A stretch of DNA of 64,000 nt, taken from positions 1,019,027-1,083,026 of the forward strand of contig NW_003314298.1 of assembly GCF_000143415.4 (NCBI RefSeq), written 5' to 3'. The DNA comes from Selaginella moellendorffii (lineage: Eukaryota > Plantae > Lycopodiophyta). Each line of letters starts with the position of its first letter. The stretch's first letter is position 1. Under the pieces are notes generated by a model. It saw only the letters and a list, made by a program, of their open reading frames with translations, was not told where the DNA came from and made no database searches. The translations under genes and the position numbers were made by a program. This document shows positions 1 to 14,269 of this stretch, in pieces.

Positions 1-2329
1 AGAATCTCCCTTTATGACCCATTTGTGTATAAATAATAATTTATTTAGATTTATGTGATGCTATGAATTATTACTTAAGGGATAAACTCACTATAAACCT
101 TCTAGAATAACTTATAAATGAAACTTGATGTATGAAAACCAAGGAGAAAAACTAAGATAGTAAGATAGCTATAGAAACAAAGATGGAAAGATGTATATAG
201 GGATGCAAACAAATGTAGGCTAAAAAACTTTTATTGTCCCAAATGCATATGTTTACACTATCTTGGCTTTTTTTTTTCATTTTTTGGCTCCTAATATAGC
301 AAGTTAAATCTAGACAATCTTAGAGAAGGAATCCATTAAGAAGTGGCTCCAGACAATTTGAAAGAAGGAATTCATTAAGAAATGGCTAACACTTAGGGTT
401 CTTGGGAGGTTTTTGATACAGAAAAACATGCTTAAGTAGGACCCAATAAGAGTTGGTATGGTAAGAGTGGACCTTGGCAAAAGGAACTTGATTAAAGCCA
501 AGGTAAAAATACTTGTGGCAAATTGTAAAAAGAACATTTATAACTTACACTATATTCCCAACTGAAATCATATGTGACCACATACCATTGCATCTACCTA
601 ATGGACACTTCAAGCCTTGGGTGAGTTTACCTTTAATTCTGAAAAAAAAAGTGGGGTTTCTAAGTAAGAGATGCACTCAAGGCTTGGGATTTAGAGGGGA
701 CAATCCCAACTGTGTGGCTTTTGGTGAGGTTCACTTCATACTCCCAGGTGAGTTCTTTCCTATAAAGAAAAGAAAAGAAATGCTACACAAAGATCTTACC
801 TAATTTACTTTTCTTTGGTTTTGTTCTTTTGTTCTTTTGTAATGTTGGAAAGGATTCCAAATGTCACCACTATTGCCAAGCCAATTGTGCTCATTGAGAA
901 GATCATCAAGATGGACAAACTATTATCACCCTTTATTGCTATTGCAATTGGCTTGTTAGAACCATCCTCTATAATTAATCTTGTCATAGTTTATCAGCCA
1001 CTTTAAAAGGTTATACCTGACTTTTCTATGTCCTTTGTTCGCACTAGTGTGGCTTGCTCTTGACTACCATCACTCCCCCAGAAAGCAATGGTCACACATT
1101 AGTCAAAGTAACAAATTTACATTAGTCACATAGGACGGAGCTTGGGCTTTTTGTGTAAGTGGGAGTATGGGCATCCATGATGTGTAGAAATACACTTATA
1201 ATTTTGGAAATGCTGTAAAAAGAGTTGAGAGTGAAAATTGTCTTCAAGATCATCCTAGTGCAGGATTACTATATGAATGCTATGATATGAGGGTAAGCCA
1301 AGCTAGGTATTGTGGTGTTGTATTGGATTTTTGCCTTATGGCTGAGTCTTTTGAATGTCCAGCTCCACAATGAGAGCATCACAAACATTAGTGAAGATGG
1401 TGCTGTTCTAAAGGTCTACAAGAGCATGGGATGCTACAAGAAAGTGACTAGCAAGGTGCTAGCAAGTGCCATCTTTGACACCAAGTTCCTTTGCATGGAC
1501 TGGCTCAAGAAAAACTTGTATCAGACTAGCTACCATTGTATTCTATCTGGAATTTGTGAGCTGGGGGATTCAAACCGATCCTATGTGCTGAGGTATGACT
1601 AGTTAGGCTGTGTGGAGATTGATCTACTAAAGGTTAGTCCCAACAATACACTACTCACAAAACAATCTCTACATTCAAAAATTAAGCCCATACCAAGGAT
1701 AAGGTTAAAAGCTTGATTTGACACCACCAACAATAATTGCAACCCAAGCTCAAGATCGCCCACATGCACAACCAGGTCCACCTCATCCCATGCACATGCA
1801 TATGTATGGCCATTGCCATAAAGAATGAAAACGGGTTCTGCCGCACGACACAAGTGTAACGGCAACGTATGGCAATAGGTCGAGCAATAGAAGATAAACT
1901 CGAACTTGTATCAACCAACACAGAGAGAATAATAAGAGACCTCTTGTTATAAAAACGAGCTTGGAAAGTAAACACTGCATGAACTGGTCCCAAGTGAACC
2001 CCTTGATAATACTCCTGAAAGAAAGATGAAGGGGTCACTGACTTATTCGCGCAAGGTCTCTCTATTACTCGCGTGACTCCTCATTTCCCAGATGCATCTC
2101 AGTGTCCAAACCTTCCACTACAACAGCACCAACAGGACATTGTTGACACCAAGGTCTCCACCCAGGAAATGGAGGTCGCCAATCCGAAAAACGCCAACAA
2201 TGCCGATAAATGTGACCAACTTCATCATATGCCTAACAATGAACATCATGGCCACGACCACATCCTCATCCTTGTCCTTGGACTCAAGCAGCAGCAACAT
2301 CAACCTCCATTGGAACATGACCATCGCTC

Positions 2330-3386
2330 ACAGGAAGTAGAGCGGAAGGATGTGCAGCAAGAAGTGGAAGAGGCGACGTCTCATAACATTATGCCAAGCA
2401 AAGAGCATCGTCAAGGGTGGCTGGAGCAACTACATGCACAAGTCCAACAAGATCTTGACGAAGTGCTGGCCATAACATTCTTAGCTTGATCCGCTCCGAG
2501 GCTCTGCACGAAGCAAAGGGCTTTGGAAACGAATGCCAGATTGCATCACTGACTCAAATGGCCCTTGACGAAGATGATGCAATTGCTAAAAGGCATTATT
2601 ACAATCGTCAGCATGTCCAAATACATGTTTGAAGACATCCAGGAGAACACTCCAATCCCCACGAGTGGCTACACTCAAATCATTGTACCACTGCAGCACC
2701 GTCCCTTAGAAACACGTAAGAAACTCACACAAATGTCAAACATCATCCCAAAAATGATATGTGGCAGATCAAACTAATGGTACATATCATCCCTAGGATT
2801 CCCACGAAAGAACTCCGGCCGAACGCAAGGATTGGTACCAAGAGCAAGAGAAGTTGGACCACGTGTCTTGAATACTGCCATCAATTGAGTTTGATTATTC
2901 AATTGCAAGCGCATAGCATCAAATAATTGTACCAACTACTACTCCATAGTCAAAGGAAAAGATTGCTAATCTACCATGAATATGAATGAAAAGGAAAGAG
3001 TAAATGAAGAGAAATGACAAAAAGCTAGAAGGAAAAGGAGATCTAAACAATGTAAAAAGCTAAATCAAAACCAAACTTCTGAAAGGAAAGAATAAAAGAA
3101 AGGAAATAGAAAAAGCTAAATCTAGACGATACAAAAACTAAATTTAAACCAAAATCCCAAATCTAAACACTATTTAAGATAATTAAAAGGTGCCTTTCAC
3201 CTCCACCAATGTGAGTGCATGGAATATAGAAAAGGGAATACAGAAAATATGCTTATCAATTAGCCCAAAAGCCTTAGATTATATATAGGAGTGAATGGTC
3301 CAGATTGAAACCAATCTAACTACTACCAAAATCCCACTATACTAATATTAGTATATGGCATCGTATCCATACACTTGCCTCTCACA
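2330..3386 (-). mobile_element. Truncated LTR retrotransposon relic: 177-bp LTR, PBS and degenerate gag
   Basis: LTR 3210-3386 has perfect TGTGAG...CTCACA termini. On the - strand it is followed by TGGTGGAG (3201-3208, tRNA-Ala-type PBS). Downstream translation LQWYNDLSVATRGDWSVLLDVFKHVFGHADDCNNAF*QLHHLRQGPFES resembles Retrotrans_gag. No second LTR found; left boundary approximate. Confidence 0.7.
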
Positions 3387-3899
3387 AACATTTATATATT
3401 AAACATATAATGAGAATAATGTTTATCCCTTAGCACAGTTTGTAATACTAAATAAAATTGTTAATATTTTTTAATAGACATGTCACTTTTGACTAAAGAT
3501 GATTGCTATTGGAGCAAAATTCTTGGGTTTGCATTTGGAGCAAATTTTGGTTCTTTGGTTCTAAAAGAACAAGAAAATCCATTTCTTGGATATATGTTCT
3601 ACTCGATCTCCCCCACAAATCATTGACAAGCTCCTCTAGGAAAGATCCACAAAGTGAAAGTAGGAGACATCGAGCCAATTGCATCGTGGAAACCACAAAG
3701 AAGTGTTCCTCTCCGGCATGGAGTTAAAGATCTTGCAGCTCTACTCCGCGGTTGTAAACACCAATAAAGACGCTCATAGCATGGATTGTGTTCAAACAGA
3801 CACTTCGACCTCTTCTATCTATCTTGGCTTAAAAACGCTCAACAACGCAGAATAATCGAAGATCTCAAGCGCGGCATTCGATCAAAGATGGTCAAAAGC

Positions 3900-4160
3900 T
3901 TTCTTGGCTAGCCATCACCTGGAAGATCGAGTGGCTCTCTTCTACGAGCCCGAGCAATGAGCAGGAAGGAGCCAGAGGACGATCCCTCAAGCAGCATCGC
4001 GTGCAGCAGTGCCACGGAATCAACTCCATTGCGGAATTGTGTGTATGTGGCGATGATCACGTTCCAGGCCAGGAGATTGGAAGAAATGCATAATACAGCC
4101 TCACTCTTCTTTGCCACGCTCACTTCTCGCTTCCTCCGTGGCGCGCTTAGTCACGCCCAG
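3900..4160 (-). pseudogene. PPR (PLS-class) gene fragment
   Basis: Translation NLLAWNVIIATYTQFRNGVDSVALLHAMLLEG is a PPR motif. It continues after the Merlin insertion (~5550-5700, FDQMPGRDVVEW-like). A related copy lies at ~10250-10345. Confidence 0.6.
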
Positions 4161-4166
4161 CTCTAC

Positions 4167-5543
4167 ACCCTAAATGTTTAATGACTAACTCTAAATTAGT
4201 GATGTTAAACTTTAATTAGTAGATGTTGTTAATGGATATGTTAACGACTATAATTTTATAATTAGCCAGTGAATGAACAGCTATAATTTATAAGTATATA
4301 ACCTACGATTGGTTTAGGTTTTTCCTCATTGTGTTTTATGTTTGTGCTCCTTATATTTTCTTTCTTATTTTATTCATTCTCTTTAATATTATGGCTAGAT
4401 TGGAATATGTAGATCATGCTCAAGATAGTATTCTTTCTTTTTCTAATCTTATTGAGAGAATTAATAGTAAAGTAAATTCTTTTACTTTTTGTATTATAGT
4501 TGGTCTTCTTCCACAAGAGAGAGAATGTGAAAGATGCCATCAACCAATGAGATATTGATCTGATAATCTAGGTTGTAAAAATGGTTTAAAGTGGAATTGT
4601 AAAAATTGTAATACCACAAGATCTCTTAGAACTAATACATGATTTACAAATAGTAATCTCACATTTGCTCAAATGCTTAAAGTGATGTATTGTTGGTGCA
4701 TTAAAATGCCACAAGATCAAGCTTGTATTGAGTGTAGTATTAAAAGTGAGCATACGACAACAAATTGGTATAACGTTTGTCGTGATATTTGTGTTATCAC
4801 ATTACAATAAGGTAGTCAAAAGATTGGTGGTCCAAGAAGAATTGTGGAAATTGATGAAAGTAAATTTGGTAAGCAGAAATATAATCGTGGTAGAAGAGTA
4901 GGTCAATGGGTCTTTGGAGGAATTGAATGTGATTCAGATCAAATGTTTATGGTTCTGATGGCCAATCGTACTGCACAAACTTTAACTGATATATTATATA
5001 CACATGTTGAACTAGGTAAGTTCTATTTCTATTATTATTCTTAACTAATAATTATAATTAATTTTTTAGGAATAATTATATATAGTGATTGTTGGGCTGG
5101 TTATGATTCAGAGTGGTTGAATCAATTGAACTTCACTCATTATACAGTCAACCACTCCCAGAATTTTGTTGATCCCGTGACTGGAGTTCATATAAATCGT
5201 TTTGAATTAACATGGAATGCAGTGAAAAGATCCCTTCCTCGCTATAGTACAACAAAAAGATTATACAACTCTTACTTTCAAGAATATATTTGGCAAAAAA
5301 TATATATTGAAAGAAAGGAAGCTGCATTTAATATTCTATGCAGTCATATTAAGCTATACAATCAAGATAATGCTGTTATAGTAGAATAAATAATATATTT
5401 GATTTTTTACTTTAAAATACTTTAAAATAGTTGAAAATAATATACTAGAACAATCTTTAATTTATAGTAATGAGGTGGCATGAGCAATGAGGTGGCATGC
5501 AAATCCAATAAGCAAATGGGGCCCACCCTAAATAAGGGGGGGT
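4167..5543 (+). mobile_element. Merlin / IS1595-ISXO2-type DNA transposon (decayed)
   Basis: AT-rich insert flanked by direct repeat GCTCTAC (4160-4166, 5544-5550) that splits a PPR fragment and contains an ISXO2-like transposase. TIRs are not cleanly recognisable. Confidence 0.8.
4391..5389 (+). pseudogene. Merlin/ISXO2-like DDE transposase pseudogene with one intron (5016-5069)
   Basis: N-terminal CxxC..CxxC zinc ribbon, then IGGPRRIVEIDESKFGKQKYNRGRRVGQWVFGG, then IYSDCWAGY (after splicing GTAAG...TTTAG), then HYTVNHSQNFVDPVTGVHIN. Several in-frame stops. Confidence 0.88.
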
Positions 5544-5699
5544 GCTCTACCCGGGAGATTTCGGTGGTTCTTGGCTCTGTGGCGCTTGGCAAGATCATTG
5601 TCCGCGAAATGATTCGAGGACTGGAGGAGAGTCTGAGCTCCACTCCACCACATCTCTTCCGGGCATTTGATCAAAAGCTTTTCTTCCTGATGATTGCCC

Positions 5700-6370
5700 A
5701 GGCATCCGAGCCGGCATGAGCGGATCTGTCCAGCGGCGACCACTGATCACTGCCTGGATCATGGCGCAAAAAAAAATTTATTCATGGAACAAAACAAACG
5801 ATTGAGAAACAAAGAGCCTCCAGCTCAAAGGGATTTAGTGGAGAGGAGCTCCACCTTCCCCCCTTGTGATCAACGAAGAACGTGTCACAGACTGGATTTG
5901 CGCCACGGATCTGCTCACGCACGACGATGACAGAGCTGGTGAGCTCCATGAGCTCCCACGCAGAGACGACCAGAGATGGAGTGCATGCGCCGAGAAGGGC
6001 TCTCAGCTCGCCCTCAGTGATCCGGTTGAAACCGCCGCAAACTCCTGAGCAGGCAAGAAAGATAGTGAGCGACGATCGGGCGCAGAGAAAGAGGAGAGAT
6101 CTGCAAAAACAGACAGAAAGATCCAGGCTCCAGAGATAATTTGCAAAACAAGAAGATTGAGCAAGACCGGCACGGCGCGGGAGAGAAATATTGCCAGACT
6201 GAACAAGAGAAAGGGCAGGACGCGAAGAGATGAAGGCGAGGAAGAGACGAAGAGACGATCGCGCGCGAGCATGAGAGAGAGAGAGAAAGAGAGAGAGAGA
6301 TGACCCTGAAGAACATTGTCCGCCAGAACCCGCTAGAGCTGTGCTACAACAAAGAGGTGTGAGGGCAAGT

Positions 6371-6406
<36 letters not shown>

Positions 6407-6500
6407 CCTTTCTCCTCGATCGATGTTCGCCATATCTCGTGTGAGACTTGGTGTGAGACGGGGGAGAAAGCCTTCGTGCTCTAGCTAATATATATAGGCC
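5700..6500 (-). repeat. Dispersed repeat unit with (GA)n tracts, paralogous to 10340-11420
   Basis: Clear similarity to 10340-11420, including a shared exon-like frame CGGFNR..EGEL.A.LGACTPSLVV. (GA)n at ~6274-6300 and ~6372-6402. Confidence 0.75.
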
Positions 6501-6868
6501 TTCATGTAGCAGCTGGATCGGCCCGGTGGGAGAATCTGAGAATCTTCATAGTAATTACGAGATTACCATTGAGCGTGATGGTGCGTCTTGCGAGCGAGAC
6601 AACCGTGGGTCGCTATCCCGCTCGATGGTTACTTGATACGGTGCCACATCATCCCTCACGCGTAAATTTTAATAAAAAAATGTATAGCCGGACTCAAGAA
6701 ATTATCTAATTATGTTTTCTTGATTTCATCATTCTACCTTCTCATCTACTTATTTGAAAAAGACCCGTAATATAATATTTTAAAAAGATTAGGCTGGACA
6801 TTGAGATTACTTTATCAAACTAGAGACTAGTGATTTACAAGATTAAAGACCATATAATGATCTTTAAA

Positions 6869-8068
<1,200 letters not shown>

Positions 8069-9049
8069 CTTTCTACTTATTAATTAGGGCTAGAAACCCT
8101 GCACAATATAGAAGTTCCTTTCCTTTTTGTTACACGCAAAGTATATTCTCTTTCAGAAGTGATCGAGATTTTGAACGGCTTCTAAGAAAAGTGGATGCCA
8201 CGTCACTTTTCTCTTGTTCAGGTACGTGTGTAGAATGATGTATCGGATCACAATCCAATTTTCTCTGAAACTTCAAATAAATGGTCCTCCGTCAAGTTTT
8301 CACCTGATAAACTTGGAGTACCTGTTTCCATTTCTATTTCTTTTTTATCTTCTAACCTTTTTATGAAAGCAAGCAGAAAAGCCTGTAGAATCGGTGAGCA
8401 ATTTTTTGCATGATAAAGTCCCTGATACGATAGCAAGCTAGTCGATCTAAACGCTGTATTCTAGTAGTGACTTCTCGTTCTCTTACTTTGTTGCAAGAAG
8501 AGCTGTCGTGAGGAGATTAGTACACATTAAGAATCAATGCTTTGCAGATATTGCGTGGCCCTTTTTCGCCTTGGCAGCAACATCAGCTCTTGCGTCTTAC
8601 GATCATTCCGACACGCTCAATCGCGTTGTTAAGCTTTCTCGTTTTTGCGTAAAGTTTAGTGTTTGTCTCCTCTTTTTTACCAGTGCCTTCTTTATTTGAG
8701 CTTGTTTCTTCCTATAATTTCTTTCGGTTTTCTGTGAGTTTCAGTTTTGTTCTTTGTTGTTATTCCTCTCTTGAGACTTGGGAGCTCATCGTTTTACTGT
8801 TTTCTTCACATGTCGATCTTCTATTATGGATATCAAATTACAAATGGATAGATACTTCAGCTAAATACTATATATACATGGCAAAAAGGTGTTCTTTGCA
8901 GGTGGAAATGGAGTGCCTGGCCAGGAGTTGGGTCATGATTTGGAAACATAGTTGTATGCTTCTTGACTATAATATATATTAGAGGAGGCGGCTCAACACG
9001 GGCTCCATAGTTTAAATTGTCGGATTAAATACCTATTACCTCTTGAAAC

Positions 9050-10110
<1,061 letters not shown>

Positions 10111-10339
10111 CCTGGAATCCGACAAGTGATATATATATATATATAAAATGCACGTTTTAACAACGCTTAAAATATAAATAGTCCATTTTATGATTAAAAT
10201 GAGAACTAAATAACGCAACTCTTAAAAGTAGAATAAGCGTGAAAGCTTGTTCTACGAGCGGAGGACGATCTCGAGCAGCATCGCGTCGACTCCATTGCGG
10301 AATTGCGTTTGCGCGGCGATGATCGCGTTCCAGGCCGGG

Positions 10340-10715
10340 AGATTGTGGTCATTCCACGGGGACCACTGCCTGGATCACGCTGCTGCTTTCCAAAGGCAAA
10401 AAGAATGTTTATTCATCGATCAAACAGCAAAGAACATTCACTTCGAAAAGAATTCAGCTTAGAGGGATGTAGTGGAGACAAGCGCCACCTTCCCCCCGTT
10501 GGGATCAACCACGAACTTGTCACAGACAGGATTCGCACCAGGGATCTTCTCGCGCACCACGATGACATGGCCGGTCATCTCGAATTGACCCCAAGCAGCG
10601 ACGACCAGAGACGGAGTGCATGCGCCGAGAATGGCCTTCAGCTCGCCCTCGCGCATCCTGTTAAATCCGCCACAAATTCCTAAGCAGCAAGAAAGATTGT
10701 AAGAACGAAGATCGT

Positions 10716-10759
<44 letters not shown>

Positions 10760-11000
10760 AGATCTGCGAAAGAAAGATACATGCTCCAGAGAAGATCTGC
10801 AAAACAAACGAATTGAGCAAGACCGCGGCGGCGCGCGATCTGCAAAACAAGCAGGACGAGAGACGCGCGCGCGCGAGAGAGAGAGAGATCTGCAAACAGA
10901 AAGAAAGATACATGCTCCAGAGAAGATCTGCAAAACAAACGGATTGAGCAAGACCGGGGCGGCGCGCAATCTGCAAAACAAGCAGGACGAGAGACTATCA

Positions 11001-11054
<54 letters not shown>

Positions 11055-11420
11055 AAGACCCTGGAGCTGCGGATCACTCACGCCTCCCACTGCCACCAGA
11101 GCTTCTCCCGCAAGAGCTGCAAGACAGAAAGTGTGAGATTGAGAGAGCCGAAAAAGAGAGAGAGGGAGAGAGAGTAGCAAACCGTGGAGCTGAGGATCGC
11201 TCACTCCCGCCAGAGCTTCTCCCGTCAGAGCTGCAAGAAGAAAGTGTGAGATTGAGAGAGCCGAGAGAGAGAGAGAGAGAGAGAGAGATCCGAGAGAGAG
11301 AGAGAGGAGAAACCTTTCTCCTGCATGCTTGCCGCCATAGCCTAGCCGTAACTGCGTCGGAGGAGAAAGGGCAGTGCTAGCCGGGGCTGGGCTTAGGCCG
11401 CGTTTATATACACCATTACA
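10340..11420 (-). repeat. Second copy of the dispersed repeat unit, with ~110-bp internal tandem duplication and (CG)n/(GA)n microsatellites
   Basis: Repeated GATCTGCAAAACAA...GAGCAAGACC blocks at ~10760-10990; (CG)n at ~11002-11016 abutting (GA)n to ~11053; (GA)n at ~10724-10760 and ~11263-11306. Confidence 0.8.
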
Positions 11421-11534
11421 GCTGAATCCGGACAAACCAGTAGCTTTCGCTCCATCATCATTACTCGTAGAGCGTAGAGAGCGTACTCCATCCATTTGAG
11501 AAGATTCTCACTAAAGTCGTATATTTTGTAAACC

Positions 11535-12212
11535 GCTTGAGATTATGTCAACGTCAACATTGGTAATGTGTGAAACGGCCACACCATATGGTTAGCCTAA
11601 AGTACCCATCTTTACCAAATTCATCAGTCCAAGAATTCTTCATGGTCCATTCTCTATGCACAGGGCAAATGCGCGGGCAAGCAAACACTTGACTGTTGTG
11701 ACAATGGCCCGTTCTTCACCAGATTGGCAGCGATTTGCATCTCAGACACCCTTCAGTAGTTTGCAATGGTGGCAGCCACCTTGCTGGGCTGGTAAACAGT
11801 GTCTGTAGCCAAGTTCCTCACAGAGTTGCTGCAGCGAGGACGCATTATCCACTGAGATAATCTTCCTCAGCTTCCAGACCCCTGGCTTTGACATGTACTT
11901 AGCATGTCGCCTCTCTCGCAGCCGTTATCCTGGAGAATAAATATCATATGATATCACTGTAATCACAATCTATCAGCTGGTGGCTAATGAGAAAGTTGGC
12001 GCCTGCAAGACCAGCAGAAGTTTCAGGCTTGTTTAATAAAACCCTATGATCAAATCAACATGAGCTTATTGGAGTATGCCTTAGGGAATCCCATCGCGAT
12101 AACACTTCAGGTGTGAGGTCTGAGAAGCATGCATATACTCCCCGTAAACCTTTAAGTGAGAGCAACATAATATCCCTTTTTGTTATTACTCGTATATTCT
12201 CTTTCAGAAGTG
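11535..12212 (-). pseudogene. Second, deletion-riddled copy of the RD19-like protease
   Basis: Near-identical blocks to 6930-7790 (e.g. ACCAAATTCATCAGTCCAAGAATTCTT) with many short deletions. Also shares the upstream GTATATTCTCTTTCAGAAGTG (8140-8161 vs ~12192-12212). Confidence 0.85.
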
Positions 12213-12597
12213 GCTCGTACAACTCTTTCTGTGCTGGACAAGAATAGCCACATCACTATCTGAATCAGATGCAATCACCACCCAGATCGTCCAGTATAAA
12301 GGCTCTATCATTGTACCACCATCTTGGCCAAAAGCTCCTCCAAAAAACTTCGATCCGCTTACTCTAGACAATGCAGAGATCCAGAAACTTTTTCCTAGCC
12401 TTGCCGTCAACCTTGGAAACCCGCTGCAAGCTCATCCACGCGGCTTGAAAGCTTGCAAAGAAGTCCGCCAGAGGTGATTTTTGGCTTCGGTAGCTTTTGA
12501 TTGCATAAATGAGAAACCTTGAAGTATGATCTGCCCGTTTCAAATTAAAACCTACATACTATAAAACATAGGAAGCACTTACTATATACATGTTTCT

Positions 12598-14205
12598 TCA
12601 CAGTCTTCTAGCTTTGAGAGTTGCTCTCAGTGGTTGTTTCATCACCACAGTAAACTCTTGTATGGGAGTTAGATCCACTGCTGTGTCGCCGGGCACTGTG
12701 TTCCACTCGAACTCTTGCACGAGACGAGCAAGGACGAGATGGACGTGGAGAGTCGCTAGGCCGAGCCCGGGACAGATCCTCCGCCCGGCTCCAAACGGGA
12801 TCAAGTTTAGCACCCCGGACGAGGCCGTGAAGTCGGCACTGGCACCCGGCCCCTCAAGAAACCTCTCGGGCTTGTACTCGTCAGGATTCGTCCACAGCTC
12901 CGGATCGTTGTTGATGGCGTAGATGTTGAAGAGCAGCGTTGCATGGACCGGGATATCGTAGCCTCCGAGCTTGCAAGGCTCGGTCACTGCGTGAGGAAGA
13001 GTGGTGTAGCCCGGTGGATGCTTGCGTAGAGTTTCCTTGACGACGGCCTTGAGGTAGACGAGCTTGTCGATGTCTTTCTCGGTCACTGGCTTGTCTCCAA
13101 CGCTGGAATGGATCTCCTCCAGGAGCTTCTTCTGGACGGCCGGGTGCTTGATCACGTTGGCGAGCGACCACTCGAGAGTGTTGGCGGTGGTGTCGGCTCC
13201 GGCGTTGAGAAACTCGGAGCACAGCACGATCAAGTCCTCGTCCGTGAGCTTGAGCTGATGATCCTCTTGCCGCTGGAGCGAGAACAGCGAGCTCAGGTAG
13301 GAGTTTTGATCGAGCTTGTCCTCGGCTGCCAGGAGCTTGGCCCTCTGGATCAGAGGCAGCAGGAGCTCCCTCCTCTCTCCGACGAGTTCCTCCAGCTTCA
13401 AATCCCTCGGCGATCGCTGGACAATCTTGAGAAGCGGGACAAAGTCGCTCATCCTCCCACCGCGTCCAGCACTGGTGATCAAGTGCCGCAGCATTCGTTC
13501 CACACCATTCACGGCATCCTTGTCCAGCCACTGCCCAAAGCACATGTAGGAAAGAAGCGAGAAGACGGTGAACCTGAGCGTTGCAAGAACCGGTACCGCG
13601 CTGCATGACGTGCTGTCCGCGCGGCACTCCTTATCTACGCGGTACACAGGACTATCCGCGCTGTACTCCTTGTCTACCGTGCGGTACGACGGGCCGTCCG
13701 GGCTGTCCGCGCGTTGTGACGTCTGGCGAAGCTTCTCCACGAGCTCACTGATAACGCGCTGCCTGGCGGGCTCAAAGGCGTGGACGCGGTGTGGGCTCAA
13801 GACGTGGCTTACCATGTTGCGCCGCACGGTACGCCAGTGATGACCATAGGGCGCCGCGTTGATACTGCGGCGGTCGTTGCTCAGCCGGACCTGCCGCTCG
13901 GACAAGGATGGCCGCGACGAGAAAATGGAGCCCTTCTCGATCAGGGCCTCGTGCGCGAGCTGCGAGCTCGAGATAACCACCAGGGGCACCGATCCAACGC
14001 GAAGTGTCATGATCGCGCCGTGCTGTCGGGCCAGATTTTGGAGATTCATGGGGCTCCCCAGCACCGATCGCATCTGGAGGAGATTGCCGAGGAGTGGGAA
14101 ACCCCTTGGCCCCGGAGGGAGATGGGTTCGCCGCCTGGAGAGGAGAAGAAGCGAGGCGGCCAGGATCGCCACCGCCACAGCCAGGAATGCCACCATAAAC
14201 GCCAT
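12598..14205 (-). CDS. Cytochrome P450, CYP71 clan, CYP77/CYP89-like; intronless, 535 aa
   Basis: TM anchor plus LPPGP hinge, I-helix AGADTT, K-helix ETLRKHPP, PERF and heme motif FGAGRRICPG. Confidence 0.93.
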   Translation of the reverse strand: MAFMVAFLAVAVAILAASLLLLSRRRTHLPPGPRGFPLLGNLLQMRSVLGSPMNLQNLARQHGAIMTLRVGSVPLVVISSSQLAHEALIEKGSIFSSRPSLSERQVRLSNDRRSINAAPYGHHWRTVRRNMVSHVLSPHRVHAFEPARQRVISELVEKLRQTSQRADSPDGPSYRTVDKEYSADSPVYRVDKECRADSTSCSAVPVLATLRFTVFSLLSYMCFGQWLDKDAVNGVERMLRHLITSAGRGGRMSDFVPLLKIVQRSPRDLKLEELVGERRELLLPLIQRAKLLAAEDKLDQNSYLSSLFSLQRQEDHQLKLTDEDLIVLCSEFLNAGADTTANTLEWSLANVIKHPAVQKKLLEEIHSSVGDKPVTEKDIDKLVYLKAVVKETLRKHPPGYTTLPHAVTEPCKLGGYDIPVHATLLFNIYAINNDPELWTNPDEYKPERFLEGPGASADFTASSGVLNLIPFGAGRRICPGLGLATLHVHLVLARLVQEFEWNTVPGDTAVDLTPIQEFTVVMKQPLRATLKARRL

Positions 14206-14269
14206 AGTGACAAGATGCCCTAGCTAAGAGCCCTAAAAACAGAGGCCAAGAGGGTTTAGGGTTTTAGCG
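14206..14269. promoter_or_regulatory. 64-bp divergent intergenic segment with telo-box-like motif
   Basis: Lies between the start codons of the P450 (-) and the TPR gene (+); contains AGGGTTTAGGGTTTT (telo-box AAACCCTA on the - strand). Confidence 0.5.

Noticed and set aside
311-390. 39-bp tandem duplication and possible gene relic at 300-1000
   Set aside because: Only two imperfect copies and no assignable product.
10661-11495. ORFs with SLSLSL/RERERE runs
   Set aside because: Translations of (GA)n and (CG)n microsatellites.
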